NCBI RefSeq assembly: GCF_006345805.1
Contig: NC_042997.1
Location: 146,258,001 to 146,322,000 of the forward strand
Source: Octopus sinensis
Lineage: Eukaryota
Reading direction: 5' to 3'
DNA: 64,000 nt
Under the pieces are notes generated by a model, which had not been told where the DNA came from, did not search any database, and worked only from the letters and a program-made list of their open reading frames with translations. The position numbers and the translations under genes were made by a program. Below, piece by piece: positions 1-13,362 of this stretch (position 1 is its first letter; the number at the start of each line of letters is the position of its first letter).

Positions 1-330
1 ATGACATTGACAAATGCTATCCTCTTAAGCATGTCTCTTCTCATCCTACATTTACCCAAAAGATATTTCAAAGTCCTCTAAGAGAATTACTCATTCTTGT
101 CCTGTTGCAGTTCAAGCAAAGATCACGGTCAACAATCTTGAATAAAATAACCCAGTCCTACAAAATGAACGGTCATTACGCACAAAGTATTTAAACACTG
201 CATTCTTTTAACTGTGCCAAATGACAATACTTTGATATGAAGATTTTTCACGAACTAACAAAGGTACCTCTACGATATTACTCAACCAAAATTCCCTTAA
301 ATCAGACCATGTGAAAGGAAAGACCCATCA
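1..330 (+). mobile_element. Possible decayed Penelope-like RT C-terminal fragment
   Basis: Frame 3 reads KHVSSHPTFTQKIFQSPLRELLIL..., resembling the SxHP...IP motif of Penelope RT thumb regions; multiple stops, so the match is weak. Confidence 0.3.
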
Positions 331-699
331 TTGAATAAAATATTCATAGATATATTCGTTTGCATTATGATGGTATAATGATATACTGAACATTTGATCT
401 TAGGTTTGTTTGATTAGAGCTGGGCTTGTGCTAAGCATCGGCATATTGTTATATTTGCACTAAGTCATAAATTCGGATGTGGTTGATCGATTGAAGTAGT
501 CCCGCTACTTTATAAATATATCGATACTTTAAGGATAAATGACAAATTCGATAATGGCTGAAAGTTGTTGTTAGCAGTTATTGCAGTTGTTGTTATGGTT
601 TGTGGTTGTGGTTTTTGTTGTTTTGCTCCAAGTGTACGACGATCGAGCAGACAAAAGATCACAGAAATTTTCAACAATACTTGTGCGCTCGCGCATGTA

Positions 700-735
<36 letters not shown>

Positions 736-1534
736 AGTGTGTGTGTTTGTGTGTATGAGTGTGTGTGTGTGTGCATATTGTGTGTGTATGTGTGTGCGCG
801 CGCGTGTGTGTTGGTGAGAGGAGTTTGATATATGTACCTGTATACAGAAGGCTGGGTGAGGACGCATGGCATAGTGGTTAGGGTGTTGTATTCATGATCT
901 TATGATAGTGATTTCGATTCCTGGTTCGAGCGATGCATTTTGATCTTGAGCAAAACATTTCATTTGACGTGTTTTTATGCCATGTTAGCTAGAAACAAAG
1001 GGAAATGACAAGATGTCATCTACTTTAATGGTTTTCTGCTAGGCACTCAGGTGTGTGAAAATTCGTTCTCTGTATGGGATACCTTGGGGGAAAACCATGT
1101 TGCAGCCTATTCGAGGCCGTGACGCCGGTGTTCCCAACGTCATACTTGGAAACTCTCATTTCCCTATCAGAACTGACTGGCAACCTAACCAATTTCAGAT
1201 TCTCTGGGACCGTGACTGTCTCTATGTCTCCTCTTTGTATAATTTCAGGGAGCAGTTCTTTATTTTCTTTCTTACGAAATTAGGCGCAACTTGTTTCTAT
1301 TTGCGTGTTTATTCGAACTTGTTTGTTTGCCATATGGTTTCCCTCTTGTATGTTTGTAGTACTTACCAGAGTATGATCCAAAGACTCCACCACAGATGGG
1401 GGTAAGTGCATGATCTTTCTTTCCTGTGATTATATCTGTGATTTTGCATGTAAGTGGTGGGGCTGGTAAACAAGGGCAGGGGAAGAGAGAGAGTAGGGCT
1501 GCGATGTTCCCTGGTGTCCTCTGGGATTCCTCCG

Positions 1535-1900
1535 ATGGACCTCTTCAGTAACGTTACTCGACAGGAAATGCAGCTCGGATATCAGTGAGTCTCTCCGTAT
1601 CGAACCTTTACTTCTGCCATTGAGAAGTCACAGCTCCGGTACTATGGACAAGTGATTAGATTATCGCCGGAAAAATTCGCGAGACGGGCTTCTCAAGCCG
1701 AGTCAGCTAGCAAGAGACCTAACAGTGAACCAAGAACCAGAGGATTGGATATCTATAGTCTCAATTGGTTACGCTTGGGTATTCAGCTGGAAAGCATAAT
1801 GACAGTTGCTTCTGATAGGACCCTATAGAGAATTTGCCTTAGGGATTCTCGCAACGACTTTCCCAGAAATAGACGGCGTAAAAAATGAATGAATTGATCG
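1535..1900 (+). mobile_element. RTE-clade LINE 3' fragment
   Basis: Decayed EPLLLxIEKSQLRYYG...KRP...RTR; (GAAT)n-like tail. Confidence 0.7.
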
Positions 1901-3630
1901 ATGGGTTTATAAACTAATCTACTTCTTTCAACTAATGGTGTATACAAACTGAACTTTTCAAAGAATGGTGTTTAAAAGCAACGCATTTTAAGGAATGCAG
2001 TGAGTACAAAAGTCAGCTCTCACCTGCGAAACTGTATAGCTTGGTAACATGTACCGCACTCCGTCGGTTACCACGACGAGGGTTTTAGTTGATCCGATCA
2101 ACAGAACAGCCTGCTTGTGAAATTAGCGTGCAAGTGGCTGAACACTCCACATACATGCGTACCTTTAACGTAGTTCTCAGGGAGATTCAGCGTGACACAG
2201 AATGTGACAAGGTTGGCCCTTTGAAATACAGGTACTACTCATTTTTACCAGTTGTGTGAACTACGTGGAACTACGTGAAATAAAGTGTCTTGCTCAAGGG
2301 CACAACGCGTCGCCGGTTTTCGAACTCGCAACCTAACGATCATGAGCTGAATACCCTAATCACTAAGCCATGTGCCTTCACTAATATGTACCACGCTTTC
2401 GTTGTTTTAGTTGCTTACATAGTCATGAGTAGGTGTACATATTTTCTCGTTTCTCCCACTCTGATCCAGCGGCACATCTAGGATCTGACAGCTGGGTGGA
2501 AAGAAAGGTGCACCAACGCTTGGCTGTTGCTCATTTCAACAGAATAGACAAGAACAACATAAAATTAACTACCTTACTCAAGGACTCGACCCACCACCCG
2601 GTCCAAAAATCGAACCCACAACATTCTGATCGTGAGCTGAATACCCTAACCACAAGGTCATACGCCTTCACATGCTATTTGCATCAGTTCACGCATTTAG
2701 CTGCGCTCTCCATCGACGGATGATCTGAGTCATCCACTGTAGAAGTAAGTAAGCAAGTTGTACAATCCAAGCAATATATTTCAACGAATGTGTGTGTGTG
2801 TTTGTTAAAATGTCCTACTGTAACCTTTCTCTTCGACTATGGAATTCGTGGAAAAAGCAGTAGCGTATCCTGGGCGATGTCAGAGGGGCGATTGCTTCAA
2901 TGCAAAATCATGAGGGAAAGCACGGAATTTTGTCAGTGAACAGGTCGCGGTTTTAAAGCGACGACAATATTTTAACAAATAAAATTTAAATATTGAAGTG
3001 AATCTAACGTTTTTTGTGTGTTTTCAAATGGCTTATAAACACCTTCCACGCTGCAATTGTTAAAAAAATAAAGCATAATAAATAAATAAAAATACCACAC
3101 TCCGACATAAAATATTTTCTTTGCACCTTGTACTGAGAGCTTACATTACGTCTCTAGAAATGGAGAAATCCAACCAGAAAAAAAATTGGTGATAGTACAA
3201 AGGGACATAACTAAATATTGTAACGCATTCGCTCACCGCTTCGGTTAATATTTTTCAAGGGAAGTAATTCAATTGGTGATTAATTGTGAGTAGTCTCCCT
3301 TGACATCTTTTATTTTTATTTTTGTGCGGTAAGGTTATGGAAATAACTGATTTTTAGAGGGGGAATGAGAGAAAATACGACAAAAAGAAAAGAGAAAGAG
3401 ACGAGAAGGAGAAAGTGATATATAAAATAAGCATTTAATTATTTGCAATTTATTGTCATAGGAGAAATTTATATATATATATTTTTTTTGCAAAATTTGT
3501 TGATAAAAATAAATGGTATAGTCGTGATTGTTTATAGATGGACTCGGCTAGGGGTGATGAGATGGCGTTAGGCAAAACTGTAAGAGCTAAAAGAACTAAT
3601 TGTTTAAGCATATTACGTAAAAACTGATGT

Positions 3631-3668
<38 letters not shown>

Positions 3669-4049
3669 GAAGCACTCCGTCGGTTATGACGATGAGGGTT
3701 CCGGTTGATCCGAATCAACGGAACAGCCTGCTCGTGAAATTAACGTGTAAGTGGCTGAGCACTCCACAGACACGTGTACCCTTAACGTAGTTCTCGGGGA
3801 TATTCAGCGTGACACAGAGTGTGACAAGGCTGGCCCTTTGAAATACAGGTACAACAGAAACAGGAAGTAAGAATGAGAGAAAGTTGTGGTGAAAGAGTAC
3901 AGCAGGGATCACCACCATCCCCTGCCTGAGCCTCGTGGAGCTTTAGGTGTTTTCGCTCAATAAACACTCACAACGCCCGGTCTGGGAATCGAAACCGCGA
4001 TCCTATGACCGCGAGTCCGCTGCCCTAACCACTGGGCCATTGCGCCTCC
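3669..4049 (-). mobile_element. tRNA-derived SINE family C
   Basis: Head GGCGCAATGGCCCAGTGGTTAGG...GTTTCGATTCC (A/B boxes); related pieces at about 855-1010, 2056-2380 and 28575-28755. Confidence 0.8.
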
Positions 4050-4510
4050 ACTACTACTACTACAGCCACTACCAACATCACTAGGACCACCACCACCACC
4101 ACTACTGTAGCTTATGATGCTGCTTTTCTTCCTACAGCTACAACAAAGACAATTGCGACTACTGCTACTACTGTTGCTGCCGCAAATAGTAGTAGTAGTA
4201 GTAGTAGTAGTACAACGGACGTCGGTGATGTTTGTGGTGTTTGTAGTGGTCGTCGTGGTAGCGGTGCTAGACGTAGTACAAGTGGTAGAAGTGGCGGAGA
4301 CAGTGGTGGCGACGGCGGTAGCGTCGTCGTCGGCGGTAGCGTCGTCGTCGGCGACGGTGACAGTGCTGATAGATGGTTCCTCGAATGCAATCACCTTCAT
4401 GATCGCGGATAATGGAAAGAACAACAGCACCACCGCCGCTGCCATTGCTGCCAGCGCTACTGCCAACTCCAACAACAAACATGATAAAAAGTGATGTAAT
4501 ATAAGCACTA

Positions 4511-4839
4511 TTTTACTTGTTTCAGTTATTTGACTGCGGCCATGCTGGAGCACCGCCTTTAGTCGAGCAAATCGAACCCAGGACTTATTCTTTGTAAGCC
4601 TAGTACTTATTCTATCAATCTTTTTTGCCGAATCGCTAAGTTACGGGGACGTAAACACACCAGCATCGGTTGTCAGGCGATGTTGGGGGGACAAACGCAG
4701 ACACACAAACATACACATACATATATATATATATATACATATATACGACGGGCTTCTTTCAGTTTCCGTCAATCAAATCCACTCACAAGGCTTTGCTCGG
4801 TCCGAGGCTATAGTAGAAGACACTTGCTCAAGGTGCCAC
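4511..4839 (-). mobile_element. SINE family A
   Basis: Reverse-complement match to 6966-7420. Confidence 0.85.
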
Positions 4840-5829
4840 TATAAAATAGTCAAAACTTTTCACACAGGAACTTAGTTCGATTTGAAAATCCCACTAGAAT
4901 GGGAGAAAGCGCTAATACATGATCTAAATGATCTAAGTTATATGATGTATAAAAACATGTAATATTCAAATAAATATCTGTAAATATAAAACCATCCGAA
5001 TTTATGAGTACCTCATTTCTTCTAATATAAAATACCTGTACATCATCTCCAAACCTTCCAATATATATATATATATATTCGTCTCGATCTCTTCGAACAA
5101 GTCGGGCGGGACGCGAATTTTTTTCCTACGAGAGTTCCGGACCCTAGTTATGAATTTATTTGCGTACAGTTAATCAGAGCTCAACTATCAAACTAATTTA
5201 TGAGCGCATAACAAGTGATGGGCGATTAAATAAGGTCACTTGGGTAAGGAATGACCATGCCTCTTTTCTCTTTTAAGAGAGCTTGTTGTTCTCGTTTCAA
5301 GCATGGGTGCCTCTGCGTAGTTGTTTGTGTTGCTGATTACTTTGTAAGAGTGTAAGAGGAGGGGGTTGCTAGCATATCACCCTCTACCCATGTTTTTCCC
5401 ATCCACATCTTTACCATATGGGGTTTAACAAAATCCGATAATAGACATAGATGCAAATCTATCTAATTATTTGTCTCCTTCTCAAATGAGGCATAACTTG
5501 GTGATCGTCGACTCACAGCACCGTTCTTCGTCTTGAGTTTACTTGGTAGAGTGTGTTTTTAACTTGTCAGCAAGGTCAAAGTGAGCTCTGACGGGTTGTA
5601 TGCAAATGAGTTCATTGCTGGGTTCCGGAACTCACGTAGGAAAAATATTTCGCGGGCGGAATGTCGACGACAAGGCCGACGTCCCAGAATGGCAATTCCG
5701 CCGGCAACGAGCGAATGGCGATCTCGCCGAGCTAAGGCGTTTCCGTTCAGGTGGGGAATATAGGGTGTGAAGGGTATTCGCGGACAGTTTTGGTATACAG
5801 TAAAACAACTATATTTCAGTGTAAATAAA

Positions 5830-6940
5830 TATGCATTTAAATAAATATTTATGCAATTAGTTTTGATAATGATTTTTTTCGCAAATTATTATATGAAACC
5901 GCCTTCGGCTTCGATGACTACTTCATTGCGGGACCGAAACCGCTGGCATACTGACACTATATTGTCCTTATTCATTTCGGATATCACCTGGACAATAGCA
6001 GCCTTCAGTGAAGCTTTGATATTATGAAGACGACGATTAGTCTCCCTTCCAACAGTGCTCAACACGTAGGAAACCATAGGGTTCAAATCTGGCGAGTTTG
6101 GAGGCCACATGGTGGGTGCTACATAATCGTAAACATTATCTGACAACCATTCTTGGGTGACTAAGGCCTTGTAAGAAGGTGTTGAGTCTTGATGAAACAC
6201 GTATAGTCTTTCAATGCATACTTCATCAAACCAGGGCTTGATAACAGTTTCCAGTGCATCAATGTATCCAGCAGTATTAATTCTAAGACCCTGTGGAAAA
6301 AATGGGAAGGCATCACATGACCTTCGCTATTCACCACTCCTAAAACCATCACAGTTACTGGAAATTTCGTGCGCGTCACTCTGAGAACTTCAGAAGGATC
6401 TGCACATAACCACCTGTCATTTTTTTTTCTGTTAGACTTTTGATCCTGGTCAAAGTTTCTTCGTCAGAGAAAAACCAAAGCGTGCCTTGTTCATGAGGGT
6501 TTTTCACTTTGTTAAGTAACAGTTTTGAACGGATGAGACGGTTTTCCTGTGTCTTTGCAGACACGAATTGGCCTTTCCTCATTACATAGGACTTGTATCA
6601 AATGTCACGATTTACCACAGTTCTGATAGCCCACTCTGACACCCGACGTTCTTTAGGAATGGACCTCAATGATCTAGGGTTTTCATCGATAATGTTTTGA
6701 AGATGTATAAATTCCGGTGTCCTCTTAGTGTCTGAGCGTTGTGAATGTATTTTTTTCTCTCTCTGATACAGGTGAAACATTACCGTTACATGCCTCCAAT
6801 TCTAACCGAACTTTGTGCACACATGATATTTCAACATTTAGAAAGTTGCTAAATTCTGAATCCCTCTGGTTTGCTTGTATAGCAACTATGACTGCATGTC
6901 TTTTCGTTTCTTGAATTAGCATGATATCTTGAAAGGGTTA
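5830..6940 (-). mobile_element. Decayed Tc1/mariner transposon, DD37D (maT-like)
   Basis: Frameshifted fragments WFFSDE, VMVLGVVNSEG, FHQDSTPSY...WPPNSPDLNPM; 37-residue spacing from the QD aspartate to the position of the third catalytic residue. Confidence 0.88.
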
Positions 6941-6965
6941 TCTGAAAAAAAAAAAAAAGATACAC

Positions 6966-7420
6966 ATATAGGCGCAGGAGTGGCTGTGTGGATATAGGCG
7001 CAGGAGTGGCTGTGTGGATATAGGCGCAGGAGTGTCTGTGTGGTAAGTAACTTGCTTACCAACCATATGGTCCGGGTTCAGTCCCACTGCGTGGCACCTT
7101 GGGCAAGTGTCTTCTACTATAGCCTCGGGCTGACCAAAGCCTTGTGAGTGGATTTGGTAAACGGAAACTGAAAGAAGCCCGTCGTATATATGTATATATA
7201 TGCGTTTGTGTGTCTGTGTTTGTCCCCCTAGCATTGCTTGACAACCGATGCTGGTGTGTTTATGTCCCCGTAACTTAGCGGTTCGGCAAAAGAGACCGAC
7301 AGAATAAGTACTGGGCTTACAAAAGAATAAGTCCCGGGGTCGAGTTGCTCGAATAAAGGCGGTGCTCTAGCATGGCCGCAGTCAAATGACTGAAACAAGT
7401 AAAAGAGTAAAGATAGAGTA
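6966..7420 (+). mobile_element. tRNA-derived SINE family A (octopus OK/OR-type), 5' end triplicated
   Basis: GGCGCAGGAGTGGCTGTGTGGTAAG head, GGTTCAGTCC B-box, internal TA/TG linker, GACTGAAACAAGTAAAAGAG tail. Confidence 0.85.
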
Positions 7421-8484
7421 CACTAAATAATTTCAAGGTGTAATGAACTGAAAATGAAATGTCCTGAATTATCCCTCGCACCCTGTAAATACGTCACTGA
7501 AACCGAAAAACCGGCCCTTATGAGCCGGCATTACTTGAGAAGATACATTTACTTTTACCATATACATACACAGTAAGTACTGTCTCGAGTCCTACGGCTT
7601 ACAGGACCGTTCAGGTTACTATGGCTTATAAGTGATCGAGAATATTACAGGCCCCGAAATTGGCAAGGTTGCTTATTTACAGTCGAGTGGACTTGAGCAG
7701 CGTGAAGCCCGGCCCAGGAATCGAAACCACAAAATTGCGATCGTAAGTACAACGCCCTAATCACCGGGCCACACACTCACGTACGTACGCACACACACAC
7801 ACACACACACACGTATGCACACGCACATATACATATGTATACGTGTGTGTATGTTTGTATGTACACACACATATGTATATATATATATATATTCATCTGA
7901 ATGCATGCATACATACATACATGTGTGCATGTGCGCGCACGTGTGTGTGTGTGTGTGTTTGAAAGGAGAGTAAAGTCTGGTTCATATTACTTGCAGTTTC
8001 AATACCACCCAAGTTCGTTGAGATCAATTACATCAAGCTCAGCTAACTCCTACAGGTGGATCGTTCAACTTGTGAAATGTTTTGCTAAGTATACATACAT
8101 ACGCATATGTGTGTGCGTATGCATGTATGTAAGTATGTGCGTATATGCATGTATTCATCTGTGTATTTATGCACGTATGTATGTATGTATGTACATTCGT
8201 ATGCAAGCTCGGACGTATGTATATAATTATGTATGAATGCATAATTAAGATAAATAAATAATTACAAACCACAATTCCGATTTCATATATAATCTTTCTA
8301 TTTCATGAGACACTGCTTAAAATAATGGAAAAAACACATAACATCTCGACCTCTATTATAAGGTTTTGATGATTATTTTCAAATTATAAGGTCTTTCTTG
8401 AAAAGTAAAATCTCTACCTGATATATATGTGTATATGTGTGTGTTTGTATACAAATACATACATAGATACATACATATACATAC

Positions 8485-8872
8485 ATCTCTTCTATATTTT
8501 CTCTTTTCAAAAAATATGTTTCTCCCAGCGCTCACTATTTCCATCTCGTTCTGGTCTAAGGACCCTTCGTTCGGTTTCCTTGTATGTCTCCATTGTCATT
8601 GTGTTGTTCCCAATGTTGAACCTCCATAAATCCTAAATTTTATTTAAGAATTTTAGGGAGCAACTGTCTTTGGAGACTCATATTGTCGCTGAATGCTTGA
8701 AATGAGGAGTAGATAGACAGCCGACAACTGATGAAGGTCCTTTCTTTGTGTTGACTTGTCCTGTTTTCCATTTTATATTTCTCATTGTTTACGTATTTCA
8801 CTTGTTTTTTCCCTCTTTTGTTTACGTATCTCATATTATTTGCACCGTTGGTGGCGTCCTGCACCCATCTAT
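8485..8872 (+). mobile_element. Short pyrimidine-rich element carrying permuted HHR copy A (pLTR/retrozyme-like)
   Basis: Bounded by microsatellites on both sides; 3' end GGTGGCGTCCTGCACCCAT resembles the ends of the 9120-9262 and 28990-29350 copies. Confidence 0.55.
8664..8738 (+). ncRNA. Non-circularly permuted hammerhead-like motif, copy A
   Basis: CTCAT-A(17)-TTGTCG...GAAA-TGAG...CGACAA-CTGATGA-AGGT. Stem III CTCAT/ATGAG, stem I TTGTCG/CGACAA, extra helix CTGTCT/AGACAG; stem II weak. Confidence 0.6.
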
Positions 8873-8926
8873 CCCTCTCTCTCTCTCTCTCTCTCTCTTT
8901 ATATGTATATATATATATAGATATAG

Positions 8927-9006
<80 letters not shown>

Positions 9007-9119
9007 GGATAAAACTTAGTTGGAAATAGATAAGTGGCGGTCAATCATATAACAATATAAATAATATATAAATATATACGCATACATACATACATATATA
9101 TGCATATACACATACATAT

Positions 9120-9262
9120 ATGGGCACAAGACACCACAGAACGTAAACAACATGACATGCGAAAACAACATGAAATACGAAATACGAAAACATGGAATAC
9201 GAACTTTTTTTGTGAACAACGACAGAAACAAATGGAAAACAAAGGAGCAACATAAAAAAAGT
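9120..9262 (-). mobile_element. 3'-terminal fragment of the same family as 8485-8872 and 28990-29350
   Basis: Plus-strand GGGCACAAGACACCACAGAACGTAAACAAC resembles 28993-29025 GTACAGGACACCACAAATGAACGTAGAACAC. Confidence 0.5.
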
Positions 9263-9529
9263 ATTTTATTCTTTTACTTGTTTCAGTCGTTTGACTGCAG
9301 ACTTGCTGGAGTACCGTCTTTAGTCGCATTTACGTATGTAAATATGTAAATGGTAACAATGAAATCTAGTATGTGACTAATCATTATATTTTGTATCTTT
9401 TCATTTGTCTTGCTCGCTTACGTTCTGACGTTTGCTGAATTCTCTTGAGAACAATCTTTTCTTAGTGGTAAGACCATATGGTGTCTACATCTAGCAAATT
9501 GGATGTCCACTTAGTGGTCATCCCTCCTA

Positions 9530-9624
9530 TATGTATACATACATACATACATACATACATACATACATACATACATACATACATACATACATACATACAT
9601 ACATACATACGTACGTACATACAC

Positions 9625-9657
<33 letters not shown>

Positions 9658-9685
9658 TAAATAGATAGATAGATAGATAGGTAGG

Positions 9686-9783
<98 letters not shown>

Positions 9784-9785
9784 TC
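9530..9785. repeat. (ATAC)n/(TA)n/(CA)n/(AGAT)n compound microsatellite
   Basis: Direct reading. Comparable blocks lie at about 8875-9120, 21105-21470, 22215-22435, 32140-32460, 50990-51290, 52050-52580 and 57910-58280. Confidence 0.95.
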
Positions 9786-10373
9786 CAAATTCCAGAAAGA
9801 AAGCCACCCTATTAATCGACAAGCGGAGTCAGTAGCCAGGCTGCTTCAGCCATTAGCTCAGGATCACACAGTGTCTTCTAACTACTTCCTGTATGATTAT
9901 TAAAATGTTCTAAGGTGACGAGCTAGCAGAATCGTTAGCACGCTTAGCGGTATTTCGCCCGTTGCTAGGTTCTGAGTTCAAATTCCCCCGAGGTCGACTT
10001 TGTGCTTCATCCTTCCGGGATCAATAAACTAAGTACCAGTAAAACACTGCAGCCGATATAATCGACTAGTTCCTCCCCAACCCCACAACATTTCAGGCCT
10101 TGTGCCTTTAGTAGAAAAGTTTATTAAAATGGTCTCTCCTTGCTTATATTAATTACCTATTTGCCTATCGTTTCCATTCAGTTACATGCGACTCTCCGTT
10201 TACCCCACACCGCTACTCTGCTTACTATGTTTCAGTTATCAACTACGAACTAAATTTTTAACCCACTCCGCTTTCTTTCCCAAAATTGTAACTCTCTGTA
10301 ATTTTCTTCTTGGCCACATATATTTCCTAGAGACACTGACCTACAGACAAAAAAAGAAAAAAAAAACAATTAT

Positions 10374-10950
10374 GAATGTGTGGCAAGTTTCTTTCCAAAC
10401 CACATGGCTCCGGATTCAATCCTACTGTCAGACACCTTGGGCGAGTGTTTTCTATTATAGCTTCGAGTCAATCAAAACCTTGTGACTGATTTAGTGGACG
10501 GAACCCGAAAGAAGCCCGTCGTGTATGTATGTATGTATGTATGTATGTATGTATGTATGTATGTATGTATGTATGTATGTATGTATGTATGTATTATGTA
10601 TGTATGTATGTACGTATGTACGTACACATGTATGTACGTACGTATGTATCTATGTGCGTATGTATGTATGTATGTATGTATGTATGTATGTATGTATGTA
10701 TGTATGTATGTATGTACGTCTGTATGTATGTCTTTGCCTTTGCCTTCTATCACAGCTTGGCAACCAGTGTTGGTTTGTTTATGTCCATGTTCGTAACCTA
10801 ACAATTCGGTATAAGAAACCGATGGAATAAGTACCAGGCATTAAAAACAGGTACTGGGTCGATTCGTTCGGCTAAAATCCCCCAAGGCTGTTGCCCAGCA
10901 TTTTCCGCAGTAAAATGGCCGCAGTCAAATAGCTGAAGCAAGCCAAAGAG
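10374..10950 (+). mobile_element. SINE family A with expanded (TATG)n linker
   Basis: Both halves are present around a ~210-bp microsatellite. Confidence 0.8.
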
Positions 10951-12944
10951 AAAAAGCTTAATCTTTGCAGTCTAAAAGACACTAAAAAGATCAAAGGCAT
11001 TTATCGACCCTTTCGAATATATGCTGGTTTCAAATTTTGACACAAGACCAACAATTTCGGATGAGGCAAATAAGTGAATTACATTGACTCTAGTTCTCAA
11101 CGGGTACTTATTTTGCCGACCTCGAAAAGACAAAGATGACCCCGGTGGCATTCGAACACAAAGCGTAAATTCAGAAGAAACGTCGCCAAGTATTTTGTCC
11201 AGCGCCGTATCAATTCTGCCAAGCTCGCCATCTTCTGGTTATATATTGGTTTCAAATTTTGTTACAAGTCCAGTAAGCTCGAGGGACGGATAAATCGTTA
11301 CTATCGACTCTAGTGCTCAACTGGTACTTATTATATCGACCCTGAATGGATGAAATGTAAAGTCGACCACGGCGGAATTTTAATTCAGAAGGCGGACAAA
11401 ATGCCGTTAAGTGTTGTAGCCGGAGTGGTAACGATTCAGCCAGCTCGCCGTCTTCTTGGGATTATATCTCAAAGCGAAAACAAAATAAAACACAAAATAT
11501 AAAAATACATGCTGCCAACAAAAAAAAAGAAGAAAAATGACTGAAGCCTCTGTTTGGTTACATTTCTTTAATGTTTTACTTTTCTGTTTTGCTGTGTTTG
11601 ACTACCAGGAAAATAATATGTAGCAACAATATGTTCTGTTGCCTACTGAATATTAAAATTCCTACACGAACTTGAAACAAATTAATCAAAATGTCTAAGA
11701 GGTGAAATTACTGAATTATAAAATTTCATCAAACAAAATATGAAAGGAATCCGTTCAACCTGATGTCAAGTTATCATTATGTTATGAACGAGGTGTCTTA
11801 AATTATTTTTATAAAAGTATTCAAAACAAAATTCATAATCATATGATATATATAACATGAATTTAGATTGATTTGATTTGGAGATTTCAGTTTAGAACAA
11901 CAAAAGAAACGAGTGAATGAATTTTATGTTATTTGTTACTCAAAAGCTACGACTTTAAAATCTGAAGTCTACAAATGATTTTTCATTTACAATGAATCGT
12001 TTGAATATAATTCTAAGCGTGTGCAAGCGGATTTTGACAAAGCAATTTGTCGATATTTACATTCCTTCCGATCAGGAAATAAGGGGGAAAGGCATCAAGA
12101 AAAAAAAATTGTTTATTTTGATATACTGAGCATATGGTGGTGAGCTTGTAGAATCGCTAGAATGTATATGTATGTGTGTGTGTGTATATGTATGTGTGTG
12201 TGTGTGTCATAGTCTCTGTGTTTGTCCTGACTCACCTCCGGTTGACAACCGGTGATGCTGTATTTACGTTCCCGTAACCTAGTGGTTCGGCAAAAGAGTA
12301 TCAGGCTTTAAAATAAGTAGTGGGGTCGACTTGTTCGACTAAAATCCTTAAAGGCGTTGCCCCAGCATGGCCGCAGTCCAATGACTGAAACTGGTAAATG
12401 CCAGCATATACAACCTGCATTTCTTTATATACACAAGGACCGATAAAGTTCAGCTATAAAATGTTTCAAAATTTGGCACTAGACGAGTAAGTTCAGTCGG
12501 GGGTGGGGGGACAATTCGATTACATCTATCCCGAAAGAATGAAAGGCAAAATCAACGTAATTTGAACTCAGAACTCGAAGACGGACGAAATGCCGCTTTG
12601 CATTTTGTCCAGCGTGCTAACGATTCTACCAGCTCGCCATCTTAAAGTTCCGCAAAAAATTTAATATCAGTTTCTTAATACCAAAGAATACCATTTATTT
12701 AACCTTTTAGCATTTAAACCGGCCACAATATTTTTGCTTCTTTTATGTTCAAACTGTCCAGATCCAACATTTCACCCCTACCCTACAATGTCATTGTAGA
12801 AAATAAACAATCTCATCATTGAAATTTTGAAGCCACATGATAAGACATGTTTAATTCAAAACAATCTGTTTAAATAAGCATTGCATTTGACAGAGTTATC
12901 TGAATACGAAACGATTACAGCGAACATATAGAAGATTGGTATAC

Positions 12945-13145
12945 TCTTTACTCTTTTACTTGTTTCAGTCATTTGACTGTGGCCATGCTGGAGCACCGCC
13001 TTTAGTCGAGCAAATCGATCCCAGGGCTTATTCTTTGTAAGCCTAGTACTTATTCTATCGGTCTCGCTAAGTAACACACCAGCATCGGTTGTCAAGCGAT
13101 GGTGGTGGTGGGGGGATAAACACAGACACACAAACATATACACAC

Positions 13146-13207
<62 letters not shown>

Positions 13208-13321
13208 GACGGGCTTCTTTCAGTTTCCGTCTACCAAATTCACTCACAAGGCTTTGGTCGGCCCGAGGCTATTGTAGAAGACACTTGCCTAAGGTGCCAC
13301 GCAGTGGGACTGAACCCGGAA

Positions 13322-13325
<4 letters not shown>
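12945..13325 (-). mobile_element. SINE family A
   Basis: Family match with (TA)n linker. Confidence 0.85.

Positions 13326-13362
<37 letters not shown>

Noticed and set aside
1050-1405. 116-aa ORF and open minus frame
   Set aside because: No identifiable motif; probably decayed retroelement sequence, left unassigned.
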